A stretch of DNA of 64,000 nucleotides from Escherichia phage vB_EcoM_EP57, in the sequence record OR544956. One strand, 5' to 3'. Under the pieces are notes generated by a model. It saw only the letters and a list, made by a program, of their open reading frames with translations. It was not told the DNA's origin and made no database searches. Below are positions 10,430-19,523 of the stretch, piece by piece. The position numbers and the translations under genes were made by a program. Every line of letters starts with the position of its first letter. Within the stretch, counting starts at the first letter, position 1.

Positions 10430-10439
10430 GGACGAGCCT
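10405..10439 (-). terminator. rho-independent terminator after major capsid gene
   Basis: Stem aggctcg/cgagcct with 11-nt loop, followed on minus strand by TTTTCTGTTT. Confidence 0.45.
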
Positions 10440-10459
10440 CTAATATTAACAGAGTTCTA

Positions 10460-11461
10460 TTAAGCCGTAGTCAGTTTAACTACCAGTTCTGGACGGGTGT
10501 TAACTGCGAGCAGCGAGAATTCAGACTGAAGCTGAATAGTGCGGTGCTGGCTGATCATGAAGGTATACAGTTCACGAGCCTGGGTGTTAGCCAGTTCTGG
10601 AGTATCCGCAGGAGCGTAGTGCGCCTGGAACATACCTTCGATACCCATAGGCAGAACATATGCTTCACCAGCAGGGATGTTACCGTGGATATCTTCAATG
10701 TAAGTTACACCGTTCCATTCGAACACCTGAACATCCATGTTACCGCTAAGGCGGTCACGCAGAAGGTTAGGAGTTCCCTGGAAATACTGATATGCCTGGC
10801 GAACAAATGGAGAGTTAACCAGAGATGCGAAAAACTCACGAGAACACAGAGCTACGATACGGGTAGCGGTAGAGCCATCTTGTTTAGTATCGATGATGTA
10901 AGCACGAGCTTCTTGTTCGATAGTGGCTGCTGGAGAAACAGTGGTAGAAGCAAAGTCTACAGCAACAGATTTCTGGGTAGCACCCCATTCGGTATACCAG
11001 TTGTATGCAGAGTTAGCTGCACCACCTACGCCGTTATAGGCACGACCCATAACTGCTTCTGCAAAGATTTTCTCTTTGGTTTTTGCTACGTCACGCAGAA
11101 TCTGGGACATATAGCGGTTAACAACTTCAGCGTCTGTGCGCAGAGAGTCATTGATTCCTGCCATTGCAAAGCTACGGAAAGATTGAATATCTTGAGCTTT
11201 GATGTTTTTATCCAGAGGGAAGAACGGAATGCGGAACGCTTTCAGTTCTGGATTTTTCATGGTCAGGAAGTTACGCTCACCACCACGCTCACGAGCGGAG
11301 ATCAGAGCATCTTCAGCTTTTTCTTTACCGATTTCAATAGCGGTAGTTGAATGATAGTCAACACTGAACAGATTCAGGCTGGCAATCAGTGTATCAGGGG
11401 AATCCTGAAGTTCGATCATAGGGCTGAAATCTACAACCTGATCTAAAATTACTGCTGGCAT
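10460..11461 (-). CDS. major capsid protein (HK97-fold type)
   Basis: 333 aa; follows decoration and scaffold genes; terminator immediately downstream. Confidence 0.6.
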   Translation of the reverse strand: MPAVILDQVVDFSPMIELQDSPDTLIASLNLFSVDYHSTTAIEIGKEKAEDALISARERGGERNFLTMKNPELKAFRIPFFPLDKNIKAQDIQSFRSFAMAGINDSLRTDAEVVNRYMSQILRDVAKTKEKIFAEAVMGRAYNGVGGAANSAYNWYTEWGATQKSVAVDFASTTVSPAATIEQEARAYIIDTKQDGSTATRIVALCSREFFASLVNSPFVRQAYQYFQGTPNLLRDRLSGNMDVQVFEWNGVTYIEDIHGNIPAGEAYVLPMGIEGMFQAHYAPADTPELANTQARELYTFMISQHRTIQLQSEFSLLAVNTRPELVVKLTTA

Positions 11462-11482
11462 TATATTAATCTCCTATTAAAA

Positions 11483-11881
11483 TTAAGAAGTGAAAACGAC
11501 TTTTTCGGTCAGTTTCAGATCATGTGTTTCCAGTGCTGCTACGCCAGCGTCATCTACCAGGGAGCCATCTTTGTAGTATACTGCAAAGCGGTTCAGAGTA
11601 AGATCACGTACGCCAACAACTGCGGTGAAAGTGTCACCTACTGCTACATCGTCAATACCGAACAGAGCATCAGTCCAAAGCAGAACTTTAGCAGCATCGG
11701 CAGCTTCAGCTTTAGCAGCTTCAGTGTTGTCAGCTTTCAGGATAGAACCAATTTTCATGGTTGCTGTTTTAACCAGGTTAACTTCACGTACACAGTGTCC
11801 AAGGTCAGAGCTAAACACTCCACCCAGAACCAGGTGTCCGAATTCCTGGCGAGAGTTAGATAAAGTAATTCCTTTAGCCAT
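11483..11881 (-). CDS. head decoration protein
   Basis: 132 aa, Ala/Gly/Val-rich; directly upstream of capsid gene. Confidence 0.45.
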   Translation of the reverse strand: MAKGITLSNSRQEFGHLVLGGVFSSDLGHCVREVNLVKTATMKIGSILKADNTEAAKAEAADAAKVLLWTDALFGIDDVAVGDTFTAVVGVRDLTLNRFAVYYKDGSLVDDAGVAALETHDLKLTEKVVFTS

Positions 11882-11900
11882 TTAATTTAATCTCCTAAGA

Positions 11901-13016
11901 TTATTGTTTCTGGGCTTTTTTAAGTTCAGCAGCTTTCTGACTAATCAGTTCAGAAGAAGATTTAGCTACAGGTTGAGTATTGATCACATCAACACCACGT
12001 TCTGTTCCAAATTCTTTCTTAACTGCGTCCACTTCTGCACGTGCTTTTTCGAATGCTTTGACGATAGTTTCAGCGATATCTTTATTGTCTACCAGATATT
12101 TAACGAGAGCTTCAACTTTGTCTTCTTCTACGAAAGAATAGGATTTAACAACAGTTGTATATTCTTCTTCGATACGAGCTTGTTCAGCTTTACGAAGTTC
12201 TTCTGCTTCCTGTTCTGCCTTAGCGATTTTTTCCTGTGCTTCAAGTTCTGCGGCTGCACGTGCATCTGCTGCTGCTTTTTCTACAGCTTCAGCGATCTGT
12301 GCTTTCATCAGTTCTTGGAATTCAGCAGATTTCAGGAATTCTTCTTTGTTGATATTTTCCAAAGGGGTTTCTCCTTTATTGATTCCAGTTGTGTTTGCAG
12401 ATTTATCACCTGCGGGGTTAGCCTCTGCATCCACAGAGTTTGTATTAGCTTTAGCGTGAGCTTTCACTAAATAATCTTTAACTTGACTTTGTTTCAAGGA
12501 ACTCTTAACGAGATTACTCAAAGCATCGTCTAAAACGTCCTCAAAGAAATCAATGGAGATCATTACATCACCATCAACAACTTGATAATCAGTAACACGA
12601 ACAACAGGTTTAGCAACCTCTTCAACTTCAACATTCAGTCCGTCAACTTTAAAGCCAACAGAGAACATACCGTTATCTGAACAGAAAATTGCAACGTTCG
12701 CATCGAAGTCAGCATCAATAACGTAAACCCAATCCCAACCAGCTTCAAATTTTTCACGCACTTTTTCAGAAATGCGATCCATCACTTGTTGAATATAGCT
12801 TTTACGTAACTCTGTAACATCTTCTCCCATTTTAGTGAGAGCTTCTAACTTTTCAAAAGTTATGTCTGGAGATCCGTCTGACTTAAATAAAAGGGGGGTA
12901 TTATAACCAGATGCCGCTCCACCTTGAAAATCAAAAGTGTAAGCAATATGAGCACCTAGTGACTCTTCCGTAGCTTTTCCAGAAAAGTCTACGTTAGTTA
13001 AATATGTATTTGCCAC
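11901..13016 (-). CDS. head scaffolding protein
   Basis: 371 aa; C-terminal half is an A/E/K-rich coiled coil (AAELEAQEKIAKAEQEAEELRKAEQ). Confidence 0.4.
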   Translation of the reverse strand: MANTYLTNVDFSGKATEESLGAHIAYTFDFQGGAASGYNTPLLFKSDGSPDITFEKLEALTKMGEDVTELRKSYIQQVMDRISEKVREKFEAGWDWVYVIDADFDANVAIFCSDNGMFSVGFKVDGLNVEVEEVAKPVVRVTDYQVVDGDVMISIDFFEDVLDDALSNLVKSSLKQSQVKDYLVKAHAKANTNSVDAEANPAGDKSANTTGINKGETPLENINKEEFLKSAEFQELMKAQIAEAVEKAAADARAAAELEAQEKIAKAEQEAEELRKAEQARIEEEYTTVVKSYSFVEEDKVEALVKYLVDNKDIAETIVKAFEKARAEVDAVKKEFGTERGVDVINTQPVAKSSSELISQKAAELKKAQKQ

Positions 13017-13018
13017 GA

Positions 13019-13498
13019 TTAGTCCTTCTTGACTTTAACGCCCATTGCGCCTATACTCAAACCTTTAAGAACGCCGTCTTTACGAGCTTGATATAATTCA
13101 GGGTCGTTGAATTGGATTTTAACGAGGGGAGTTCCTTCCACAACGAGTTCGTCACCAATGTAACAATCGACTTCATTTACCCAAGCTTTAATTGGAGAAA
13201 ACTTATCGGTGTTCTTCATGTGACCAAGATTACCACTAATGTTGGTAATATTCTCATTGAAGTTGTCAACCATCTTCCTGATTTCCAAATCAGACATGCG
13301 CTCTCCGTGGAGATCGTCTTCTTCAGGTGGACAATACAAGACCTCAATAACCTGCATCTTTTCTTCATCAAATTTATTTTGTTTGACTAGAGTTTCAGGT
13401 TTTTGAGATGGTATAGAATCTTGTTGGGATTCAGAATTCTCTTTAAAACCAGCGAAGGTTTTGAAGAGTTCCCACAGTGTATCTTTATTGAGTTCCAT
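13019..13498 (-). CDS. putative prohead protease
   Basis: 159 aa between portal and scaffold genes; weak XkdF-like resemblance. Confidence 0.3.
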   Translation of the reverse strand: MELNKDTLWELFKTFAGFKENSESQQDSIPSQKPETLVKQNKFDEEKMQVIEVLYCPPEEDDLHGERMSDLEIRKMVDNFNENITNISGNLGHMKNTDKFSPIKAWVNEVDCYIGDELVVEGTPLVKIQFNDPELYQARKDGVLKGLSIGAMGVKVKKD

Positions 13499-13591
13499 TT
13501 GAAACCTCTTAAAAACAGATATCCCATAAATCTTAGTCTACAGGATATTTGTTGTTTTGTCAATAGAAAAATTAAAAAATATTAAATATTT

Positions 13592-15157
13592 TTAATTCGA
13601 CAGGTTTTGTGCTGAAGGATCTAAAGCAGAAACAGTATCAGACGTTCCAGTTCCCGCTGTAGCTAAACCGTCTCCTGATCGTGAAGTTTTGTCAGGCATA
13701 TAGTTATCCATGAATTCAAAGAATTTCTCTTTATTGGCAACAATATCGTCAGGGATACGATATTCAAAACCAATTTTTTCAAGGAACTCGTTAATAACTT
13801 CTGGGGTTAAAGGTATTGCACCAGAGGCTACCAACTGCTGAATAGCTTTAGCATTTACTTCAATATCAGGATCACCCATTTCACCACTGACAAACTTAGG
13901 CATATCTTCATCAGAAAGGAAGATATTGTTTAGTCGTAGTGTTTGAGGGATCAGTTGAGAGTTTATAGCTTCTACAACAATATCTACATCTCGCTCAATA
14001 AAATGAGACAATAGTGTTTGTTTGTTGTCAGAAAGCGCAAAACTTCCTGCATCACCATCACCCATAATCAACACACCCGCACCAAAACGGTTATAAATAT
14101 CTAGCTTGCGTTGTTTGATTAGTGCTTGAGTGTCAAACTGTTTACCCGTGCCATCAACACCTTGGAATACAAGATCGTATTGACGCATCACTGTGCCTTC
14201 ATAAACGTCTGAAGGCAATACCATGTAGGCTTGCTCCCCAGAGTGCAGGTTAGCGATGTTGGCTTGAAGAACTCGAAGAGATTGTGCTTCATCCCCAGCA
14301 GGATCTAAAGATGCCCTGTTTAGAATGTCACTTGGAACCTTAAGAACTGGCATACCACCTAAATCTTTAGATACCCCAATAACCTCAAATTCCTGAATAA
14401 GAGATTTTTCACGCCAGCTACGATATACAGCTAAAAGCGGACTAACTCCTAGTGGGTTATTCTCTGTAATGTTGCTACCAACAAATAAAACTTTACTGAA
14501 AGGAATTTCTTTAATACCAGTTTCTAAAGTTGTATTACCTGGAGCTAACATCGTATTGGTGATATTCTGGTTAACAGATAGAATAGAACGTCCGTCTGCC
14601 GAATATGTAAAAGGTTGAGCCATGTGAAGAGTGTCTTGTGGTCTAAAAGCCAGTTTGGTTAATCGCCAATACCCAAAGTAAGGACTTTTAGGATCTTCAT
14701 CCAACTCATAAACTTTCTCTGCGAATGCAAAACCATATTGCTTATATGTCAAAAGTGATCTAACATATTGACGTAGAGGGGCTTGCATATTGCGTAACAT
14801 GTAATCAATAAACTTAGCAGCTTTTCTTGACTTTGCCGAGTTTACATTGTATTTTATCTTGAAATCAAAGAATGCTCTATCTACAAAGATATATGTAGCG
14901 TCAAGAGCAGTAGCTACATCAGGGTCTTCACCCATCTCTTTAAAAGTGCGAATACATTCTGGGAAACGAGTCTCATAAGGTTGCATGAAATTCGTAAATG
15001 CTTTGATTGAGTTTAATCCGATCGTTCCTATTTCAGGTGACAGGAGTAACGTTTTCTCTTTCTCTGCCTCTTTTGTTGGAGAGAGAGCAGCTTTATTTGC
15101 AGCACCTTTGTCCCAGTATTCTGACTTTTTAGTGTACGTTCTTTTTCCTGTTGACAC
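13592..15157 (-). CDS. portal protein
   Basis: 521 aa; GTG start with GGAGGA RBS; directly downstream of large terminase. Confidence 0.6.
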   Translation of the reverse strand: MSTGKRTYTKKSEYWDKGAANKAALSPTKEAEKEKTLLLSPEIGTIGLNSIKAFTNFMQPYETRFPECIRTFKEMGEDPDVATALDATYIFVDRAFFDFKIKYNVNSAKSRKAAKFIDYMLRNMQAPLRQYVRSLLTYKQYGFAFAEKVYELDEDPKSPYFGYWRLTKLAFRPQDTLHMAQPFTYSADGRSILSVNQNITNTMLAPGNTTLETGIKEIPFSKVLFVGSNITENNPLGVSPLLAVYRSWREKSLIQEFEVIGVSKDLGGMPVLKVPSDILNRASLDPAGDEAQSLRVLQANIANLHSGEQAYMVLPSDVYEGTVMRQYDLVFQGVDGTGKQFDTQALIKQRKLDIYNRFGAGVLIMGDGDAGSFALSDNKQTLLSHFIERDVDIVVEAINSQLIPQTLRLNNIFLSDEDMPKFVSGEMGDPDIEVNAKAIQQLVASGAIPLTPEVINEFLEKIGFEYRIPDDIVANKEKFFEFMDNYMPDKTSRSGDGLATAGTGTSDTVSALDPSAQNLSN

Positions 15158-15226
15158 TTGTTCCTCCAGTCAGGTATAAAATCGTTAAGGCAAGGCTGTA
15201 TTATATACAACCTCACCTATCTAGTT

Positions 15227-15255
15227 ATAATACACTTTAAAGTGACTTTTGTCAA
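15227..15255 (-). promoter_or_regulatory. sigma70-like promoter upstream of portal gene
   Basis: Minus strand TTGACA, 17-nt spacer, TATTAT. Confidence 0.4.
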
Positions 15256-15258
15256 CAA

Positions 15259-17334
15259 TTATCTTTTACGGACACTATACGGTTGGTGAAATCCGCTGTT
15301 CATTCTACTGTATCCTGTAGGAGCATTTGTTGTTGTAGGGATAGCTACTGCTTTGAAAGTATTCTCTTTTGACAGAGTATTAAAACAAGAGGCAGCAGCA
15401 TCGGGAATGTCATCTTTAATAGTGGCTGTAGATCTTTCACCATTGAAAGATTCCAATTCTTTATAAAAGTGGGTTAAAGTCTCCACATTAGGGAAAGAAT
15501 CTTCAACAATATAAACAAAACCGTTTTGACACGCACTACTAAAAGGCATGAAACGCTGAAGCTTTTTCTTGTTACCTGGCATAGCATCTGGTTTAACAAC
15601 AAAACCCTCTAGAATAAGTTTCTTTGCAGACTCTGTGTATTCTATTGTCCCAGCACCAGATGGGTCTTTAGGAAGCACTACTGTAACTTCTGGTCCATCA
15701 ATCTTACATTGATTTAGAATCAGGTTATCCCTTTCCCCAGGTAGTCTTCGAAACCTTCCGAAAATTTTACTTTTCTCATCCACAGCATCATAATCATAGT
15801 CGCCAAAGATGTAGATATTACCATCTTGGTCTTTACCCATTTTGACAGATGTTGTATAGTCTGGATAACGGTAAGTTTCTGTAGGAACTGAAACAGCTTT
15901 ATCCCATGCTCGCATTAGTTTAAGATTGTTAGGAACATCTTTATAAGATATTTTATGTAACCATTCACGTTGAAAGAAAGATTCTTTCTGGATACGTGCA
16001 AACCAACAACCGTCCAGAAGCTGTGCTCTTTTGATCGCTGTTTGTGATTTAAGCTGTGCTAAGTAATTAGGGTTAAGCCTAATGAGTTCTGGGTTATCAA
16101 ATATTGTCCCACCAATAAATACGAAAGTTTGTGGTTCAATAACAACTGTCTCCCCTGTATTAGGGTTTTCCATGAAACAGTTTTCTGGATATTTTTCTTT
16201 CAGTTCTTCAGGTGTGTCAGCAAAAACAGGTTCATCGTTAACAATGATGAAATATTTTTGTTTACCACACATATCTTCTCTAGGATAACCACCCTCATCA
16301 AGATAAGGTAACACCCAATTCAAAACCCAACTATCTGCGTCAGGGTTACATGTGCACAACATGAAACTTGTTTCTGACTCTGAACGCATACGTCCCAGAA
16401 GATAGAGCATTTCATATTGTGTGAAGTGGGTTAACTCGTCAAAACCTACCATTGAATACTGTGTACCCTGATGGTTTGTTTCTGCTGTTACGTTATCATT
16501 TTCCAAATGGTCAAATTTGAGGGTTCCGCCACCAGTGGCTTCAAAAATGATATCCATTGTACTTTCTTTTACGTGTGGTTGTAAAGGAAGATACAAACGT
16601 TTTGCTTCTGTAAACAGACCACCTGGTTTACGGTGAGCAGTGGTGTTCTTACGGAAAAGTATTCCACCAAACAAAGGGTCTTTGTAGGCGTATTTTAAAG
16701 CTTTCAGCAATAGCAGACGAGACTTGCCGCTATTCCCAGTAACGAAGCAGTGATCGCCACGTCTAAAGACAATATAGCTGCTTGGAGTCTCAAAACAATA
16801 TTTCTTATCATCTGTTGAAATAACCTCGTGTATTTTTAAGTAAGTGCTCTTTTTACCAGGTATGTTAAAAGGAACACGTTTACCGAATGGATTTTCTACA
16901 TAACCTTGCAGGGGTTTTCCTATTTGCTGTAATGCAATAAGATCTCCTACAAGAATCTCGAAATGTTTCTTTGATTTCTTTTTCTTATAGAATACAAAAC
17001 GGTGTTCCATACTAAGTTCTTGGAATAATCCTACACCATTTGTTATTCTGTATAGGTTATCTCCATTTAAATCGTATTCTACAAAATAAGGTGTTACCAA
17101 TTCTAAACGCTTATTCTTAGGATTGTATTGGTAAATATCCTCTCCCGAATATTCACTAATCTGCCTCCAACCATCTTTTGTAAGATATTCCGTTTCAGCA
17201 GAAACACATCCAGCGGCACCACCATAAATCATAACCTCTGGCATTAAATCCATTGCAAGAGTCTGTTTACCTGGTTGAGCCTTTACTTCAATATCTACTC
17301 CAGCTAAACTACCTGCTGCCTTTTTCTTTGCCAC
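15259..17334 (-). CDS. terL: terminase large subunit, intein-containing
   Basis: Walker A GAAGSGKS is restored when residues 43-201 are removed; Walker B MVGFDELT. Confidence 0.8.
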   Translation of the reverse strand: MAKKKAAGSLAGVDIEVKAQPGKQTLAMDLMPEVMIYGGAAGCVSAETEYLTKDGWRQISEYSGEDIYQYNPKNKRLELVTPYFVEYDLNGDNLYRITNGVGLFQELSMEHRFVFYKKKKSKKHFEILVGDLIALQQIGKPLQGYVENPFGKRVPFNIPGKKSTYLKIHEVISTDDKKYCFETPSSYIVFRRGDHCFVTGNSGKSRLLLLKALKYAYKDPLFGGILFRKNTTAHRKPGGLFTEAKRLYLPLQPHVKESTMDIIFEATGGGTLKFDHLENDNVTAETNHQGTQYSMVGFDELTHFTQYEMLYLLGRMRSESETSFMLCTCNPDADSWVLNWVLPYLDEGGYPREDMCGKQKYFIIVNDEPVFADTPEELKEKYPENCFMENPNTGETVVIEPQTFVFIGGTIFDNPELIRLNPNYLAQLKSQTAIKRAQLLDGCWFARIQKESFFQREWLHKISYKDVPNNLKLMRAWDKAVSVPTETYRYPDYTTSVKMGKDQDGNIYIFGDYDYDAVDEKSKIFGRFRRLPGERDNLILNQCKIDGPEVTVVLPKDPSGAGTIEYTESAKKLILEGFVVKPDAMPGNKKKLQRFMPFSSACQNGFVYIVEDSFPNVETLTHFYKELESFNGERSTATIKDDIPDAAASCFNTLSKENTFKAVAIPTTTNAPTGYSRMNSGFHQPYSVRKR
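16732..17208 (-). other. mini-intein (159 aa) inserted in the terminase P-loop
   Basis: Begins CVSAETEYLTKDGW (Hint block A), ends ...FVTGN followed by Ser; no endonuclease domain evident. Confidence 0.55.
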
Positions 17335-17337
17335 TCC

Positions 17338-17682
17338 TTATTCAGCAATAATACCTTTTTCTTGCAGTGTTTTAATATATGTTTGTAAACCTAGAACCTT
17401 TCGTCTATCTTGCTCCCAAAGAGCATTGTTTTGAGTTTGGTTGTTAACAACTTCAGATCTACTAACCCCTTTTGCAATTTGATTTTTAGTGTATGGCACA
17501 GGTGTCGATACTTTATCCATCAAGTCCGAATCTGGACCTTTAACCTTTTCTATGGCTACAGCCTTACACTCATCAATAAGAACTGGGGAAACTTTTGTTG
17601 ATGATGAACAACCCGTCATCATTAGGGGCAAAGCAAGACATACTGCCAGAATTAGTTTTTGCATAATTCGTTGTATCCTCAT
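17338..17682 (-). CDS. o-spanin-like outer-membrane lipoprotein
   Basis: Signal peptide with lipobox LMMTG-C; overlaps the 3' end of the i-spanin-like gene out of frame. Confidence 0.4.
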   Translation of the reverse strand: MRIQRIMQKLILAVCLALPLMMTGCSSSTKVSPVLIDECKAVAIEKVKGPDSDLMDKVSTPVPYTKNQIAKGVSRSEVVNNQTQNNALWEQDRRKVLGLQTYIKTLQEKGIIAE

Positions 17683-17965
17683 TGATCGTTTGTTTCTTCT
17701 TCTCTAAATCTGCTTTTAATTGTGCATTGTTTTTAGACAAGTTGTTTATTTGAGTATTTAATAATGCTCTTTCTTCATCTGCTCTTTTTTGAAGAACATC
17801 AAAATCTTGTTTTGCTTTTGCTTGGGCTGCTTGATATACTTGCGTTTGATAGGCAACACCATCTTTGTAGCCAGACTCACGTATCTTGTTATAAGCAAAC
17901 ATTCCGGCAAGAATAAGAACAACAATTAAAACAAAACTTAATACAGTTTTAGTCTTTAGATTCAT
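17573..17965 (-). CDS. i-spanin-like protein
   Basis: N-terminal TM helix (VLSFVLIVVLILAGMFAY) then coiled coil. Confidence 0.4.
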   Translation of the reverse strand: MNLKTKTVLSFVLIVVLILAGMFAYNKIRESGYKDGVAYQTQVYQAAQAKAKQDFDVLQKRADEERALLNTQINNLSKNNAQLKADLEKKKQTINEDTTNYAKTNSGSMSCFAPNDDGLFIINKSFPSSY

Positions 17966-18164
17966 TATCTTCTACTTCCTCATAAAATTTTATTTTAGGA
18001 AGAGAAGGGGCGTTGTTAACTATCTTCTTCACTTCCATTGGTTGAGCCTCCGCTAGGATCTCTTCCCAAGTCTTCTCTGTCATCATAAAGTTCTTCCTCC
18101 AAGTTCCAAGCCCGTGTGTAATCATTCTTTTTATCTTTATGATAAGAAGAACGGTTAAAATCAT
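17949..18164 (-). CDS. hypothetical protein
   Basis: ORF track 71 aa; start uncertain. Confidence 0.2.
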   Translation of the reverse strand: MILTVLLIIKIKRMITHGLGTWRKNFMMTEKTWEEILAEAQPMEVKKIVNNAPSLPKIKFYEEVEDNESKD

Positions 18165-18242
18165 TTTTAACTACAAAATTGCGCATATTTTATCCTCCTC
18201 ATATCTGATCTTATCACAAAATGATATATAATTGCAAGCATT

Positions 18243-18278
18243 AAAAATAAAAAAGCCCCTAACCTTTCGGAGAGGGGT
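18243..18278 (-). terminator. rho-independent terminator
   Basis: Hairpin gcccct..aggggt followed on minus strand by TTTTTTATTTTT. Confidence 0.5.
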
Positions 18279-18326
18279 GTTAAAAATAACAAGGAGGAGG
18301 GGCAAAGCCCCAAGAGAGGAGAGGGA

Positions 18327-18623
18327 TTAGATTACGATCTTTTTAGGAACGTCATCTGTATTCTGCACGGCAGGGGTTTCTTCTTCCATAGCTTCATAAT
18401 GTTCTTCTAACCATTCTTCTACTTGCTCTTTAATAGCTTTAGCTGCTTGGAAGCGGAGAGGTTTTGCTGCATCCTTATCATTAACAAGTTCAACAATATA
18501 CCGCATAGCTTCTAAATAATGCTCTGCAAATAATTCTTTTACACTTGCTTGCGCCGCATCCATTGCGTAAATCTGTTGCATTTCGGCTGTTGGTCTTCCA
18601 CGACCACGTTTTAGTTTAGGCAT
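18327..18623 (-). CDS. hypothetical DNA-binding protein
   Basis: 98 aa; N-terminal KRGRGRP AT-hook-like motif; acidic C-terminus. Confidence 0.35.
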   Translation of the reverse strand: MPKLKRGRGRPTAEMQQIYAMDAAQASVKELFAEHYLEAMRYIVELVNDKDAAKPLRFQAAKAIKEQVEEWLEEHYEAMEEETPAVQNTDDVPKKIVI

Positions 18624-18690
18624 AATAAAATCCTCCTAAACTTTATCTTAACATATAAAAAATAATAAGTCAAGTTTTATTCAATAGATA

Positions 18691-18714
18691 GCAAAAAGCC
18701 TCCAATAAGGAGGC
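18691..18714 (-). terminator. terminator at the downstream end of the tRNA array
   Basis: Perfect 7-bp stem agcctcc/ggaggct, loop aataa, then TTTT on minus strand. Confidence 0.4.
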
Positions 18715-18830
18715 TAATAAATACTGTTAAGTTGAAATGCTTTATTATAATTGTGCGTTAAGGAGTCGCACCCCTCCATCTTAGAAGGAACCAGGCAAGG
18801 TCTTCAAAGATACCGCTGGCAAGCGATATT

Positions 18831-18909
18831 TGGAGGCGGGAATTGGATTTGAACCAATGATCTCCAGCATATGAAACTGGCGAGGACGACCAGACTCCTC
18901 TATCCCGCT
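18831..18909 (-). tRNA. tRNA-Met (anticodon CAT), 1-72 pair unpaired
   Basis: Hand-folded cloverleaf; T-loop TTCAAAT; anticodon loop TTCATAT; CCA encoded; A1 opposite C72. Confidence 0.55.
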
Positions 18910-18915
18910 ATTATG

Positions 18916-18985
18916 TATCCCGTGCTGGATTCGAACCAGCATCACAATAAGCTGTGGAACTCTTATCCTGTAAGTCTAACGGGAA
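18916..18985 (-). tRNA. tRNA-like element, non-canonical anticodon arm (possible pseudo-tRNA)
   Basis: Canonical T-arm GCTGG-TTCGAAT-CCAGC and 6-bp acceptor stem, but no 5-bp stem with 7-nt loop can be formed; no CCA. Confidence 0.3.
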
Positions 18986-18987
18986 AC

Positions 18988-19061
18988 TGGTTGTTTCGAC
19001 AAGAATCGAACTTGTGTCTCACGATTATCAGTCGTGGGTTCTACCATTGAACTACGAAACA
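18988..19061 (-). tRNA. tRNA-Ile (anticodon GAT)
   Basis: Hand-folded; anticodon stem CACGA/TCGTG, loop CTGATAA; CCA encoded. Confidence 0.65.
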
Positions 19062-19067
19062 TTAAAT

Positions 19068-19144
19068 TGGTCGGAATTGCAGGATTCGAACCTGCGACCC
19101 TACGCTCCCAAAGCGTATGCTCTACCAAACTGAGCTAAATTCCG
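19068..19144 (-). tRNA. tRNA-Pro (anticodon TGG)
   Basis: Hand-folded; D-stem GCTC/GAGC; loop TTTGGGA; T-loop TTCGAAT; CCA encoded. Confidence 0.65.
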
Positions 19145-19237
19145 TCATAACATTCTAAAGGTACACCGCAAAAGAAAGTGTTCGGCGGCTCCTCGTTTTT
19201 AACTTCACACTTGAGGTAGTGACTCACCTTTGTTATA

Positions 19238-19313
19238 TGGCTGGTCTGTCTGGATTTGAACCAAACCTACGACAGTCAAAGTGTCGTGTGCTACCGGACT
19301 ACACTACAAACCA
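19238..19313 (-). tRNA. tRNA-Gln (anticodon TTG)
   Basis: Hand-folded; anticodon stem CGACA/TGTCG, loop CTTTGAC; CCA encoded. Confidence 0.65.
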
Positions 19314-19411
19314 ATAAATCATTTAATGAAGGGCAACCAGAAGAGGTGTGAGAGAAGGAGAAAACCATGAGTAAAAGAGAAAGTTTTCTGGCAACCCTTT
19401 ATTAAATAATT

Positions 19412-19485
19412 TGGAGCGTTCTACGAGGATCGAACTCGTGCCGCCGACTTGGAAGGACGGAATGCTACCGCTACACCAAGAACGC
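19412..19485 (-). tRNA. tRNA-Gly (anticodon TCC)
   Basis: Hand-folded; loop CTTCCAA; one U-U mismatch in anticodon stem; CCA encoded. Confidence 0.6.
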
Positions 19486-19493
19486 CCTACATC

Positions 19494-19523
19494 TTTACTA
19501 TACTACATTTTACTATTGGTTGT
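19494..19523 (-). promoter_or_regulatory. sigma70-like promoter upstream of tRNA-Gly
   Basis: Minus strand AACTATTGACAA, 18-nt spacer, TATAGT. Confidence 0.4.

Noticed and set aside
10544-11350. 268-aa plus-strand ORF inside the major capsid gene
   Set aside because: Antisense to a well-supported structural gene, no RBS context, Cys/Ser/Phe-rich low-complexity translation; treated as a spurious reverse-frame ORF.
11904-12470. 188-aa plus-strand ORF antisense to the scaffold gene
   Set aside because: Phe/Cys-rich translation typical of the reverse strand of an A/E/K-rich coiled-coil gene.
18299-18312. Second hairpin ggggc-aaa-gcccc near the 18243-18278 terminator
   Set aside because: Not followed by a T-run on the minus strand; the adjacent hairpin with TTTTTTATTTTT is the more credible terminator.
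19366-19404. 12-codon ORF with strong RBS (MSKRESFLATLY) in a tRNA spacer
   Set aside because: Too short to assess and on the strand opposite to the tRNA array; possibly chance.
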